A stretch of DNA of 64,000 nucleotides from Guillardia theta CCMP2712 (lineage: Eukaryota > Protista > Cryptophyta), in NCBI RefSeq assembly GCF_000315625.1, contig NW_005434617.1:35134-99133 (forward strand). The letters run 5' to 3'. Shown one piece after another: positions 51,740 to 64,000 of the stretch (the first letter of the stretch is position 1; every line of letters begins with the position of its first letter). The notes beneath the pieces are model-generated. The model saw nothing but the letters and a program-made list of their open reading frames with translations. It had not been told where the DNA came from and ran no database searches. A program made the translations under genes and the position numbers.

Positions 51740-52601
51740 ATGGTTGTCGTGTTCAGGCGCCTCCATCATGCCCGAAGGTTAGTATCCTCTTCTCCCCTTC
51801 TTCTCCTTGCTTGTCTGTCGTGTCTCGCCATCTTTGACGCTGTTTTATCGCAGGTGTCTGGTGTGTCGAGAATTGGAATGCAATTGGCTTCTCCCCAAAT
51901 CGCCAAGCCCAAGGTAAGCAAGAGGATGATTGCAGGAGGGCAGAAGGATGATGATGACTAGAAGCAAGAGGTGGAGTAGTGGTTTCTGATAGCTGCATCT
52001 CAGGTAGATATCGGCCATCAGCTCGGAACCACTCAGCCTGAGGCTGGAAAGCCAAGTAAAGCGCTACTGGTTGCTGTAGTTCGCTCACATGAATCTGTCA
52101 GAGGTCGCGAAACCTAAGGCAGCGCCCAAGCGAAAGACTCAGGACGACGAATGCCCCATGTACAAGGTACGCCAGGAGGACAAGTGGGGTGTGGGATTTG
52201 GGAGAGCGGGTGAGACGTAGGCAGGAGCATCTTTGAACTTGAGGCAGGTGATCCTCCTCGGAGACAACGAGTACGAACAGTCGCACGTGGTGACACAGAT
52301 TACCAAGGTGATGCCGCGACCTGCAGGACAGCCCATGTCCCCGCGGGCTTCCCTCTCCCATCCAACTCAACATGTTTACAGCTCATCCCCTCAATCAGCA
52401 AGGAAGAAGGCATCCGCATCTTCGTCGAGGCACAGGTAAGGAGCAGCAGGAGCTGCATGGGAGCTGCATGTTCTGACGTTAAGTCTCGTCTAGATGACAG
52501 GCTCCTCCGTCATCATCGTCTGCACAGAAGAGCACGCAGAGCACTACGTGCAGCAACTTAAAAGGCAACAGATTTACGCGAAGATGGAGAAGGATGAGTG
52601 A
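51740..52601 (+). CDS. clpS: ATP-dependent Clp protease adaptor ClpS, plastid-type, multi-exon
   Basis: Signal-like N-terminus; PMYK|VILLGDNEYEQSHVVTQITK, IFVEAQ|MTGSSVIIVCTEEHAEHYVQQL. Confidence 0.75.
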
Positions 52602-52649
52602 TTGTTTGTATGGTAGTAAACGAAATCAAACTGAGAGGCTCCAACCTCT

Positions 52650-54787
52650 TCAGCTGCTGATCGAGACCGATGCCTGCGCCAACTGCTTGTCGTGGGCCTC
52701 CTCGCTCGCCGAGTGGACGTACCTGCAGTAGGTCAGACCAGAGTCATGCAAGGGCGAGGAGTCAGAAACACCAGAGGGAAATGGCCTTGGCGAGCTCAGG
52801 GCGGTCGATGACTCCATCGCCGATGACATCCGCATGATCGAGGACCCACTGGACCTCCTCCTCCCTGCACCACCGTCAGCGGACACAGTGAGTGGTGATG
52901 GTGACATGGCAGCTCTACCTGGGCATGATGTTGTCGTTGAGCTCCATGAGAAGAGACGCGAGCTGCTGGCGATCCAACGCGCCATCTCTGAGAGACATGA
53001 TGAGAGGAGAAGCATGTTCACTCGCGCTCACCCATCCTTGTCGTGTCGGTTAAACACTTCATCGATCGTGTCCTTGCTCTGGCAAAAAGTTACTTCAGAC
53101 GACAGCTGAGATTACCAGCTACCGCAATGTAGGACATCCAGGCCTCTGCCGCAGGAGCGAAGAATTCTGGGCTAGGAAGACATTATGATGAGCAAGCATA
53201 CAGAAGGAGACGAGCAATGGGGGAAGAGACGGGCATTACTGGAGTGAGAGGAGAGTATAATCCTGTTTCTTGCTTGCTGCAGCCATGGACATAACCCACT
53301 TCACCTGAGCACATGGACAGTCAGCTAGGGAAGAAGGAACGGAGAGGAACGAAGAATACCTCAGCATCGGTCACAGGGTGTCCCTGGGCGATGGACTGCA
53401 GCCAAGTGCGCAACTCCTCGAAAGTGAGCGAGCCTGTTTGCATCGATGAATATTGAAGGCATTGACAACACTGAAGGAACTTTGACCTGTTCCACTCTTG
53501 TTCCATTTCAACAGGATGTCCTTGACAAACTGGTTCCAAACGTCTTCAGTCACATGCAGGGAGGGAGAAAATCAAGTACCTGTTTCTGTTCGTGCTTGCG
53601 ATCGATGAGCTCCCTCTTCTTGGCCTGAGAGCAGTAATTTAAGAAGCCAGCATTGAGCAGCCAGAGGCCGACAGACTCTCACCGAGTGCTTCTTGACCAG
53701 AGGGTTGGTCTCATGCAGACCAAGGCTGGCAAACATGTGGTTGACATCTCGATGATTAGCCTGCAATCAACCCGATGAGGGGCGAACCGCAGAGAAGCAA
53801 GCATTGACCTCGTCAGCTCGAATCACGAGGAACAGGTCCCGCATGGTGGCGTCTGGCTTCATGTGCCAGTAATCGATGGCGATCTGAGGAGCTCGCTGCA
53901 GACAAGCGAGTCATGCCAACACGAATCCTGGGATCTGCACTCACGGCGTTTCGGAAGGAGGCGAGCCGACCATCGTCGATCGCATTGAGGATGTCAGTGT
54001 AGGTCTTGACAGCCTCTTCCTCCAGGTAGCCTACGAATCGATGGCAGATCTTCGGGTACACCATGTAGGTCAAGAAGAAGAGGTTCATGAAGATGCCCTG
54101 AGTGCCGATGACCGCGAGCCTGAAGATAGGGCCAGGCTTCTTGATGGTGACGAACGTGAGGAGATGCATCCTCTCGTTCTCAGCCTCCTCGAGGAGCGTG
54201 TGGATCCATCCATGATCGCGGTTCATGGTGCGCAGGGAGCGCAAATGCCTGAGCATGCCCCCAACCATGCCAGGCACACCAGCGACGGTCTCAAGGAAGA
54301 TAGCACGGTTGATGACTTTGCTCTCTGTGATGTTCCCGATCTTGTAGCCGGAGAGGGTGTCAAACGTCCACCTTGCAGCCTGGACGGCAGAGAGTGCCAG
54401 TGAGTCTGCGCGATCATGAGGGTCGACGTGGGTCTTCTTCACGCCATAGACTTCTTCTTCAGTCCAGACCTGCGACGCCATGTCATGCGCGCAGGGGGAA
54501 AGAGCTCAGCGCCAGCACCGAGTGCTGGAAGGGATTGTCCCAGACGTCGTCTTCCACTCCCTTCTTCACTTTCTGCACTCCGAGCGAATGGCGATTGGGC
54601 GATGTTTTGAAGTGCACCTGTCGCGTGCGTCATCGCCATCTTGGTCAAGCATGCGCGCAACAACCATGTCATGGATGATCTCTGGGTTTGGCGGCAGCGG
54701 GTTTGGACCATGAATCCATCGTCCCGCAGAAAATTGTTTGCCCGAGCGAACAAATACCGGAGAGAGCTTCCGAAGGCTGTAAAGCAT
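52650..54787 (-). CDS. AOX: Mitochondrial alternative oxidase with C-terminal EF-hand extension, multi-exon
   Basis: [39 protein letters not shown] and IRADE|ANHRDVNH. In-frame spliced downstream exons contain [14 protein letters not shown] and [16 protein letters not shown]. Confidence 0.92.
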
Positions 54788-55289
54788 GATACCTGCTGAC
54801 TTCTTCAGCTTAACCCAAGAGAAATGCTACGAATATGCATCCAAATACAATCTTCTTGTATCCAGAAAGAGTGTTTGTTTCTATGATACACTGATACACT
54901 ACTAAACTTCAACATCATGAAGTATCAGGCTTCTTTTGCTCGCAAGACTTCCATTCGTCCTCTTCTCAGCCATAAATCCCAAAGCTGTCCTCCTGTCTTA
55001 TTCTTAAACCATCTTTCTTTCCTCTCATTCTACTTTCCACTCTTTCCTTCACACAACCCTGACGTGTGATGTTCAACTTTCCGCACCCTGACATTTTGTA
55101 ATCCTGACACTCGCCTTCACCTCCGAACACGTCTCGACTCAAGTAATCTCCTATCGTCTCCTCTCTCCTCGTATCCTCATATCGTGTCGTCCCATCATCT
55201 TTTCTCTCCTCTCCTCTCCTCCATGATCCCATCTCTTTTCTCTTTGTCACGCCCCAAATCCACCATTAGAGACGCAAAATTGAGCCGTA

Positions 55290-55545
55290 GAGCCACCCTA
55301 CCCATTACACTAAAATACAGGTACCCTACCCATCAAAATAGAACAATTCTTCCTGTGATTGCGGGGTTCACAGATACAGGGGTGGGTATTCAGATTGCTG
55401 GGGAACCAAGGATGATACCGGGGCCAGGCTAGAAGTACAATATGGGTTCAAACTGATGGGGTAGGGTAGTCCCAAGGGCAGGTAATTAAGTGGAAAATAG
55501 GGGGTAATTTCATGGGGAGTCAGGGGTAGGGGTAGGGTTGCTTAC
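55290..55545. promoter_or_regulatory. GGGGTA/TACCC tract between divergent genes
   Basis: Same motif class as the other tracts, mostly GGGGTA on the + strand upstream of minus-strand AOX. Confidence 0.35.
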
Positions 55546-55786
55546 TTCTGCTTACGGACTCTTGGGTGACGGGTCGCCTTCTGTCAGTCACTGAGTGAAA
55601 GGCCGGGTGAAGGTGCCGGCGACCGGCCCTGTCAAGCGGGGGGATGAGGGGGGAGCGATCGGGGTGCCAAGGGTCGCGGCATGCAGGAGTTGTCGCCAAC
55701 GGTGCGGGGAAACCCGGTGAGGATGGCATGCTGAGAGGAAGAGAGGAGAGGAGAGGAGAGGAGATAAGCAGAGGTGAGAGGAGCGG

Positions 55787-55829
55787 GTATGGTAGGTATG
55801 GTATGGTATGGTATGGTATGGTATGGTAT
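55787..55829. repeat. (GGTAT)n pentamer microsatellite
   Basis: Tandem GGTAT units. Confidence 0.9.
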
Positions 55830-56244
55830 TAGAGTCTAGACAATTGCGCGATTCGATGTTTTGAACCGAGTAGATGAATTCATGAAACTTGTGTGCTGTT
55901 GTAGCATCATCACGATAATCCTGTCAAGAGTGGAACTTGTCTTTCTATCTTGAAAGTCTCGTGCAGAGATGTTGATGTGCTTGTCTGAAGGGTGCATCGT
56001 TTGTTGTGAAATAATCCGAAACAGAGCGATCAATGTTTGACGGAGACTTGCTTTGATCCCCCGCAACGCTCTCCCTCTGATGTCCATACACACCACATTG
56101 ACTGATTCAAAATCATGATGTCATGAATTACTATGGGAATCCTGGATTCTCTCTCTCCTCATTTAGCTAGACAAACCTGTTTAATCTATCCCGTGCTAAT
56201 CGAACTTTCTTCTCGCAGCTCCTGAGGCTGGGCCGAGCACAGTC

Positions 56245-59024
56245 ATGTCTCCTGCCCATCCTTGCGACGAGCATGTGTGTTCTGCTAGCGGTCTACCATG
56301 TTCGCTATCCCTCGACTCCTCAGGTGAACGTTGTCCCGTCGTCACCTGTGCTTTGCATTGATTTCAACCTTGCAGATCCTACATAGTGTTGCAAGCCCAA
56401 GCAGGCCGATAGGCCAGCCTGCTCGCGTGGAATACGTGAAGGGAGATCGTGACAAGCCTGTTGGAACTTTGGGAAGCTCCAAGGAGAGAAAGGTACATGC
56501 TGCAGTCTACCTACTTACCCCCTGAGGGCACTGACTCGTGGTAGTTTCTTAATGACTTCGTGGCTGGAGCGAGGAGAAAAGCGAAGATGATGGAGGCTGA
56601 GAAAGAGCTGGACCGATATTCTCTGATGGCAGAGGAGGCTGTTTCGAACTTGCGGGGGAAGCAAGCTCCGGCTGGTTCGGAAGGGCCTGCTGCGGATGGG
56701 TCATCGGTAGCCAAGAAGCTGCTGTCCAAGACCAAGGACGAGATCAGGACCATTGAGAGTGACTTCGAGAAGTCTATCGCCCGGCATGCTGGCTCGGAGC
56801 GCAAATCGTCAGAGTCACATGCTGTCCAGCCTCCGAAGCAGCAGCTCGAGAAGTTGCTCATGATGGACAAGCTTGCCTTGTCTGACGAGATTCACATCAA
56901 GATGCCGCAGAGCTCCCAGGGTGATCCGTAAGTTGAAGTTTGCGGTCGATAACCCTTCCTGAATTTGCTGGTCAGGCTGAGAGAGCAATGGACGGACGAA
57001 GGATGGAAGTCAGCGTCTTCGTCACGGCAGCCACGGGGGTCAAGGATGGGTGCCGTGCGGAAGTTGCCACAGCAGGCGTTACATCAAGGGATGATAGAAA
57101 ACTCAGTGGGCGAGAGCAGGAGGGCGCCGATGAAGGAAGGGAACTTCAACGTGCCTTATGCTCCGATAGGAGGCTACCAGGGGGCCATGGGACTTGGAGG
57201 GAACTTCCACACCAGCGGAGACTCTCCTGCCTTGTCTCTGAACGAGGAGGGGGGGGCTGGTTGGGTGCCCTATGTGGACGACGAGGGAAGGGACAAGTAC
57301 TACACGCAGGATGTGATCGGGGCAGGGACGTCGCACTACAACGTGCTGAACTCGAGGACGCCCCTTCTTGACCAGGGGGTGAGGGGAGAGTCAGACTTGA
57401 GCAGCGGCATGAGCGAAGAGGGAGACAAGGGGCTACTGGACCAGAACGACCACTTCATCGACTACGTCGACAACGAGGGGCGGGAGAAGAAGTTCAGGGA
57501 GCTGGGAGTTGTCACTTCAGTGCACAGAGGGAAGACTGTCTCTTGCCTCAAGAACTGTGATGAGGAGAGGAACACAACTCTCACCCCCGTCGGAACCTTC
57601 GAGGCTGCCCCCAGCTCAGACGACTGGCCGCAGATGACATCCCGGTCCGTCAAGGCTGAGAGCGAGTCGGACACGGACGACATGGACTCCGAAGCTCCGG
57701 CGACGGAAGTTGAGGCAGAGACCAACAAGCTGGGAAGGGACCTGGCTGACCTGAGAAGAACAGCTCAGGTCAAGGCGGACGACGAGCACGAGGAGCAGCT
57801 GTCGAAGCTCGACGATTCGCACGCCTCCGCTCTAGAGGCTCTCGACCTTGCGAAGAAGGTTGCGGACGACCAGGTGGAGGAGATCGATCTGAAGCACTCG
57901 ATCAAGGACCTTCAGTGGCAGCTCAACGCCTCATCTGAAGCCTTGGACTACGCGCAGAAAGACGACTTCAGCTATGTCGGCAAGATTCCGCCAGGGGGGC
58001 AGGAGGGGAACCTGGAAAGGCTGTACAAGGACGAGGATCCGTTGCTGCTTGCTTCCATCCGCCGTGGCGATTTCGTGCGAGCAGGGCCCAACGGGGAGGT
58101 GGAGCCTTATGTAGACAGCCAAGGGAACGAGATCTCTGACGAGAACCTTGAGAAGCTGAAGAAGAAGACAGGAGACGACCTAGAGGTTAGACGACCTTGT
58201 TGTTTGTTCGCGGCTCCCTCCTCGTACTCTGCTCCTTCCTCTTAACTCCCCGTCCCCCTCCTTGCTCTCCTTTCTCCTTCCTCCTTCCTCCTCTCCATCG
58301 TCCTTCCATCTTCATCTCGTTCTCTCTTCGCCCTTGCTTGACTCTCCTTCCAGCATCTGGACTCGCGCGCCAAGGACCTCTTCGATGCCCTTCCGCTCGT
58401 CGACAGTCACATGCTGGGAGACGACAAGGAGACACCCACCTGGGGCTTCAAAGACATGATGAAGGCGGGGAAGGAGGACCCCGTCCCCAACGAGAAGTTG
58501 GACCGGTTGTGCCTGCTCTGCGAATCCCTCTCCGATGACGGGAAGCTAGAATCCGTCCCAATATGTCAAGGTGACTCTTGGCTCTACCCAGTCCTTCCTC
58601 CTCCCTGCTCCTCCTTCTCCATCGTCTTCCTCCTCCCTTGCATCTCCCTTTGTTATGTCCACTCGCCTCCTGCTCACGGCTCGACCAGGGTTGAGCTGTG
58701 TGACGGGAGCCTGGCAAGACAGCATTGACAATCACCCGTACGACGAGCATGTGCTGCAGGTAAGACTTCAGCGACGTCCACTTCCTTTTCTTTCTCGTGT
58801 CTCCTTCCTCCTTGCGCTGCCTGCCGTTTTCCACCCTCTTCCTCCTGCTTTTTCCCTCCTCCTCTGCCTCTTCTGCATCGCACCTGGCTTGTTCGTCCCT
58901 CATGTTGTTCCAGGTGGCTCTCCATCCTCCCACGAAGGAGCTTCGCAAACTTGGAGTGCTGGACCGTGCGGAGCATCCGGAAGCTTACAAGGAGTATCCC
59001 GAGGAGAAGATCCGAGCCGGGTAG
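56245..59024 (+). CDS. Hypothetical acidic multi-exon protein
   Basis: Long coding-like exons (56545-56927, 56975-58185) plus short 3' exons ending YKEYPEEKIRAG*. Internal repeat YVDDEGRDK/YVDNEGREK/YVDSQGNE. Start uncertain. Confidence 0.55.
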
Positions 59025-59236
59025 ATGAAGGAGGAGACGGAAGGGGAGAGGAGTGGCGGTGATAGGGAGGCAGGATGGAAGGGATAGAATGCAAGACTCA
59101 GGAGGAGGGCGAGGGAGAAAGATGGAGGTGGGGACGTTGCGGGAGTATGAAGAGATGAAGGAAGGGAAGGGGGAGGGGAAGGGGAGAGCACGAGGGTGAG
59201 GGAAGGAGGGGAGGGCTGAATGTGGACAGTGGGAGG

Positions 59237-61273
59237 ATGAAGTTTCAAGGTCGAGCTGACAGTCTGCCGGGCAGTCTCATCGCTTACTACGATTCGACTC
59301 ACAAGAAGCCGAGGGGTCAGGAGGACTCGATGGCAGGGCAGACGACGAGCCTGGCGCAGAACTTCCCCCAGAAGCAGAAGAGGAGGATGAGTAAGGGGCA
59401 GGTGCGGGCGCTCGCGTGCGACTACCTATCGTCCTCTCCGTCTCGTGGCCATGTCGAGGAGCTTCAACGTCTCTTCCTGCGCAAGTTCGGGGAAGGCTTG
59501 AAGTGCACTGGGGAGGAGCGAGGGAGAGCACATCAGCAGGTGAAGCAGGTAAGCTTGTGAGGACGATGACGATGGTGGTGGTGATGAGGTGCAGAACTTG
59601 GCGATGAAGCCTGAAGAAGAGGCGAAGAAAGATCAGGAGGAAGAGAAGCTTGAGGAGGAGCAGAAGGAGGAGGAGCAGAAGGAGGAGGAGCAGAAGGAGG
59701 AGGAGCAAAAAGAGGAGGAGGAGGAGGAGGAGGAGGAGGAGAGGACAGTTTACCTCTACGTCGGGCGGGACGCGCGAGCAGCCTTCCAGTACAAGGTCGT
59801 CAGTCATGCTGGCATCTGTGAGATGACTAAGAGGTCAACAGGTCGAAGACATCCTCTCAAAACNNNNNNNNNNNNNNNNNNNNNNNNNNNNNNNNNNNNN
59901 NNNNNNNNNNNNNNNNNNNNNNNNNNNNNNNNNNNNNNNNNNNNNNNNNNNNNNNNNNNNNNNCCAACCTGCAACTCCTTCTCCACCACCACCACGTCCT
60001 CCTCCTCCTCCTCCTCCTCCTCCTCCTCCTCCTCCTCCTCCTCCTCCTGCTCCTGCTCCTGCTCCTTCTGCTCTTCGTCTTGTCTTCCGACTTCTTATGT
60101 ATTTTCAGAGCATCAACAAGGAGGCAATCAGAGCTGTTGTGTGGGCCAAGGATTGTTCTGTCCTGATGTTTCCTCCATTCTTCAGCTTCCCGGACTTTCA
60201 TGAATATGTAAGAAAAGTAGGAGGAAGAGGAGGCGGGGGTAGGGAGTGGGGAAGCAGGTGGGGGGGCAGACGAGGGAAGCAGAGGAGGAGGGAGGATGAA
60301 GAGACTGAAACGCCTGCTGTGCAGGCTAAGAGGGATATTCGCAACTTTGTGAGGAAAGGAGGAAAGCATCACGGGACGGTCCTCTTCGTGGGAGGAGGTT
60401 TAGAAGTCTCCGTCATCAATCACATCTTCGGCTTCGAGGTCAAACCCTCCCTCTCCTTCTCCTCCCTCATCCCCCCTCTCCCTTCCTCTTGCTCCTCCTT
60501 CCCCGTCCCTTCTCCTCGCTTTGCCTCCTCTTCTCTTCCCCTTCCCCCATCATCCACTCCTTGATCTTGCTCCCCTCCCTCTTCCCCTCCACGAGTGCTC
60601 ATCTCGCTGCAGATTCATCCCAAGTACGTGGCTGGCCCCTACTACAAGAACAAGCGCTACGTGAAGGAGGGCGAGAGCTTCTCGGAGCTGCCTGACCTTG
60701 TGCCTGAGGTGAGACGAGGGGATGAAGACGAGGGTTGAGAAAAGGAGATGTAGACGATGGAGGAGGGAGGAGAGGAGAGGAGAGGAGAGGAGAGGAGAAG
60801 AATTTTTGACAGTTTGATCAGGTGGGGAATGTTTATGGGATGTGGATGCCATCGCTGCCTCCAAACTCTAGGTCCTTCTCTCCTCCCTTGTCCTTCTCTC
60901 CTGCTCCTTCCCTTTCTCCGCCATACGCCCTCCTCCCTCTTCCCCCCCCCCTCCTGACTTCCTTTCCCACAGGTCATTCTACGACTCCTTCGGTGTTAGC
61001 GTCGCCTGCTGCATACGATATGACCTCGGAAGAATCTGCTTCCTGGCACAGGTGTAACTTATCCACTTTCCTCTCCTCCTCCCTTCCACCCTTCCCCACT
61101 ATCTCCTCCCCCTTCTCCATTGCCCCTCGTCTCCCCCCGATCCTATCCTCCCGCTCCTCTCCTCCCGCTCCTCTCCTCCTGCTCCTCTCCCCCCTCCTTG
61201 TCCTCTCCTCACTCTCCTGCAGGACTTCTTGGATGTTCTCAAGGACGAGGTTGGTCCCTGGGCTGCTCTGTTA
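59237..61273 (+). CDS. Hypothetical multi-exon protein(s) interrupted by an assembly gap
   Basis: Coding-like exons RTVYLYVGRDAR, AVVWAKDCSVLMFPPFF, GTVLFVGGGLEVSVINHIFGFE and YVAGPYYKN. N run at 59864-59963. Confidence 0.45.
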
Positions 61274-61561
61274 GCGGCGATTCTCGACTACTCGTGAGGG
61301 GGTGTAAATACGATGAGTGTAGACTAGGAGCGGGGGGAGACTGCAGGCCGTGAGGGTTCAAGTCTGAAGAGAGCGAACGTAAGTAGCGCTGGAGATAGGG
61401 GGAAAGAGGAGGAGGAAGGGGAAAGAGGAGGAGGAGGGGGAAAGAGGAGGAGTAATCGAGACGGGCTATTCATCTTTTGTAAATATTTCACCGAAAATTG
61501 TGTCGAGAGTGGAGGAAGGGAGGAGGAGGAGGAGGAGGAGGAGGGGGAGGAGGGGGGAGGG

Positions 61562-62198
61562 CTAGCAGCATGAGGTGTTATTGTTGAAGGAGTGGCTTCG
61601 CTTCGGCTTGGACCCTACCTTCTCTGGGTTGGGGGTGCCGAACATGCCCTGGTGGACCCACTTGGGGGTCATCATGACCTCTCCCTTGGCCAGCACGGAC
61701 TTGAGCTTGAGAGTGTTCTTGTCGAGGAGGAGAACGTCGGCGTCAGAGCCCACGCTGATCTCTCCCTTTCCCTTGAGCTTCAGGAACTTGGCCGGGTTCT
61801 TGGTTACGAGCGGGAGGATCCGATCGAGGGGCCACTGCTCCTGGAAGTACATCTTCCAAATGAACTGCAGGAAGGCCTTGGGGTGGCCGTAGGTGTAGCG
61901 GACGAGGTTGCCGTCGTCGTCGAAGGACGGGAGGGAGCCGTAGGAGTCGGAGGAGACCATCACGTGGTCCATGGGCAGCCCCTCCTGGTGGTACTTGCGG
62001 AGGGCGAGACGAGCCTTGACGGTGCGGCAGGTGAAGTCGACGTAGCCTCCCTTGCGGATCCACCTTGCTCCGTCCTGCGGGGTGATTGAGTGACAGGAGA
62101 GGGAGGGAGGCGGGAGGAAAGACTGAGGAGAAGGTTGGGGAAGAGAGATCAAGACAGGAATGAGGAGGAGAGGGGAGGGGCAAGAATGGTAGTGATAA

Positions 62199-62235
<37 letters not shown>

Positions 62236-64000
62236 GGCAGGGGCAGGGGCAGGGGCAGGGGCAGGGGCAGGGGCAGGGGCAGGGGCAGGAGCAGGGGCAG
62301 GGGCAGGGGCAGGGAAAGGAGGCGCAGGATAAGGGGAGGGGCCCCTAACCTCGATTAGGGCTTCCGATCGCTCCATGTGGGTGGGCAGGAAGGTCGTAAT
62401 GGGTATATCGCTCTCCTTCATCGCCTTCCACAGCGGCTGCAGCAGCCCATCCCCGAACCCCATGTGGCAGTACATGACTCCGGCCTTCCCGCTCAGCAGC
62501 CCTCCCACCCGACAGTCGGACGCAACGTCGAGGATGCGCTCAGAGGAGGGCTGGGAGCCCCTGTGGTCGGAGATGGCACACTCCCCGACCCCGATGCACT
62601 GCTCCAGCAGGCAGATGTCTCGTCGTACGGAGCCAGTGATGTTGGGCGCGGGGATGCGATAGGCTCCTGTCCACATGTATGCGGTGATGCCGTCCTCGTT
62701 GAGGCCCCGGCACTTGGTCAAGAGGTTCTCAAGGCTCCTGCTAACGCAGTCCGTTCCCAGCACGCCGACGACCGTCGTCAGACCTGCCGGGGGTCTCAGG
62801 GGCAGGAGAGAAGGAAGGGGGCGAGGGGGGTGGAGGGGGCGAGAAGGGAAGGGTGAGGGACATATCAGCCATCCAGTTGAAGGAGAAGCAGATTGAAACG
62901 AATGCAGCTGCAGAAGCCAAGANNNNNNNNNNNNNNNNNNNNNNNNNNNNNNNNNNNNNNNNNNNNNNNNNNNNNNNNNNNNNNNNNNNNNNNNNNNNNN
63001 NNNNNNNNNNNNNNNNNNNNNNGACAACCTGCAAGCTTCTGTCAGGAAGGCGGGGGAAGAGAAGGTAAAGTTGAAGCGATGGCGCTGGTATGTTGATCAT
63101 GATGGGGAGAGGAGGGAGGAGGAGGAGGAGGAGGAGGAGGAGGAGGAGGAGGAGGAGGAGGAGGATAGGTCACCTGCGTACCACCGACTAGAATGTGTTT
63201 GGCGTTGATGACCTCGGGAGCAAAGATCGCCTCGGCGTTCTTGATAAGGGTGAGCTTGAAGCGGGACTGCATCTGCTGAGAGACGACGGGGAGAGGAGGG
63301 ACCGAAGGCTTCAGCAGGTTGTTCGCCTTGTCATGCAGCGCCATGCATGCGTGCTCGTCTCTTCCTATCGCTATGAACATCCCAGCCACTCCTCGCAGAA
63401 ACTGGATGGGAAAGACTCCGCTGCTGCTCTGACCCGGCACGAAGTTACATCCTGCATTCTTGAGGCGCTTCCAGAAGGTCTGGATGTCAAGATCCTCTGC
63501 AAGAGCAAAGTCAAGATCAGAACACCTTTCGTCTTCCTCCTCTTGCCGCAGCCCCCGTTCTCCTCTCCTTTCTACCTCTCTGTTCTCCCTCCTCCCCGTT
63601 CCCCCTCCAATCCCTCTCCCCCTCGCTCCCCCTCCTCCTCTCTCCTGCACCTCTTCTCCCCCTTGCCTCACTTCCTCCCCCCTGAGGCACGCAGCTCACC
63701 TGTCGGCCTGTGCTCCCAGCAGTAGTAGGTCTTGTCGTGTGCGTACATCTGCAGGAAGAGCTTCGGGAAGTGACCTGAACGGAACCGCCCCGCCTTGAGG
63801 CTGCAGAGGACGGGGTTCCCTCCCACAGAGACGAAGTCCATCCCCCCCGGCCCCTTAGGCTTCATCTTGGACACGATGGACTGAAAGTAGCGGTTGGCCG
63901 ACTTCTGAAAGATCTTGGACGCGATCGACTTCCTCCAGCCCATGCACGAGTAGCCGACGATGATCTGGTCCACGAGCCCCTTCCCCAGCAGCACCCCTTC
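61562..64000 (-). CDS. iadA: Isoaspartyl dipeptidase (IadA, amidohydrolase) fused to an N-terminal ATP-grasp-like domain; 5' end outside window, gap at 62923-63022
   Basis: GLTTVVGVLGTD, LLTKCRGLNEDGITAYMWTGAY, GVGECAISDHRGSQP, RVGGLLSGKAG, FLPTHMER, GGYVDFT, SSDSYGSLP and NPAKFLKL..KG.I.VGSDAD. Confidence 0.9.
62199..62314. repeat. (GCAGGG/GCAGGA)n hexamer microsatellite, intronic
   Basis: Tandem hexamers. Confidence 0.9.

Noticed and set aside
55787-55829. (GGTAT)n as a telomere-like repeat
   Set aside because: Short, internal and not a recognised telomeric unit; treated as a microsatellite.

Overview
This is eukaryotic nuclear DNA: gene-dense, with many short (~45-60 nt) GT-AG introns, long purine/pyrimidine microsatellites, three N gaps and several proteins carrying bipartite plastid-targeting-like presequences. 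The style fits a cryptophyte alga such as Guillardia theta (inference, not proven). The standout feature is an AT-rich ~2.6 kb insertion at ~10705-13335 on the minus strand. It encodes a Fanzor1 (eukaryotic TnpB/Cas12-family RNA-guided nuclease) with all three RuvC acidic residues, a Zn-finger, a 61-nt spliceosomal intron and about 3 frame breaks. Downstream is a run of hairpins whose G-U pairs work only on the minus strand (candidate omegaRNA), and TTAA lies at both apparent ends. Host genes include a Kir-type K+ channel, a ferroportin-like transporter, a metacaspase-like protein lacking the catalytic His, a kinesin, a PP2A B'' subunit, an LsmAD-like/Gln-rich/ALKBH5-9-like protein, an HCF107-like HAT protein, a small Cys-rich secreted protein, a tandem MazG/PRA-PH-like pyrophosphatase with a 207-bp identical internal duplication, an intronless OpgC-like acyltransferase, a double pseudo-calpain, plastid ClpS, an alternative oxidase fused to EF-hands, and an ATP-grasp-like domain fused to isoaspartyl dipeptidase. 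Intergenic regions repeatedly combine strand-biased TACCCC/GGGGTA tracts with GC-rich palindrome-dense islands. Exon boundaries were read by eye and are approximate.
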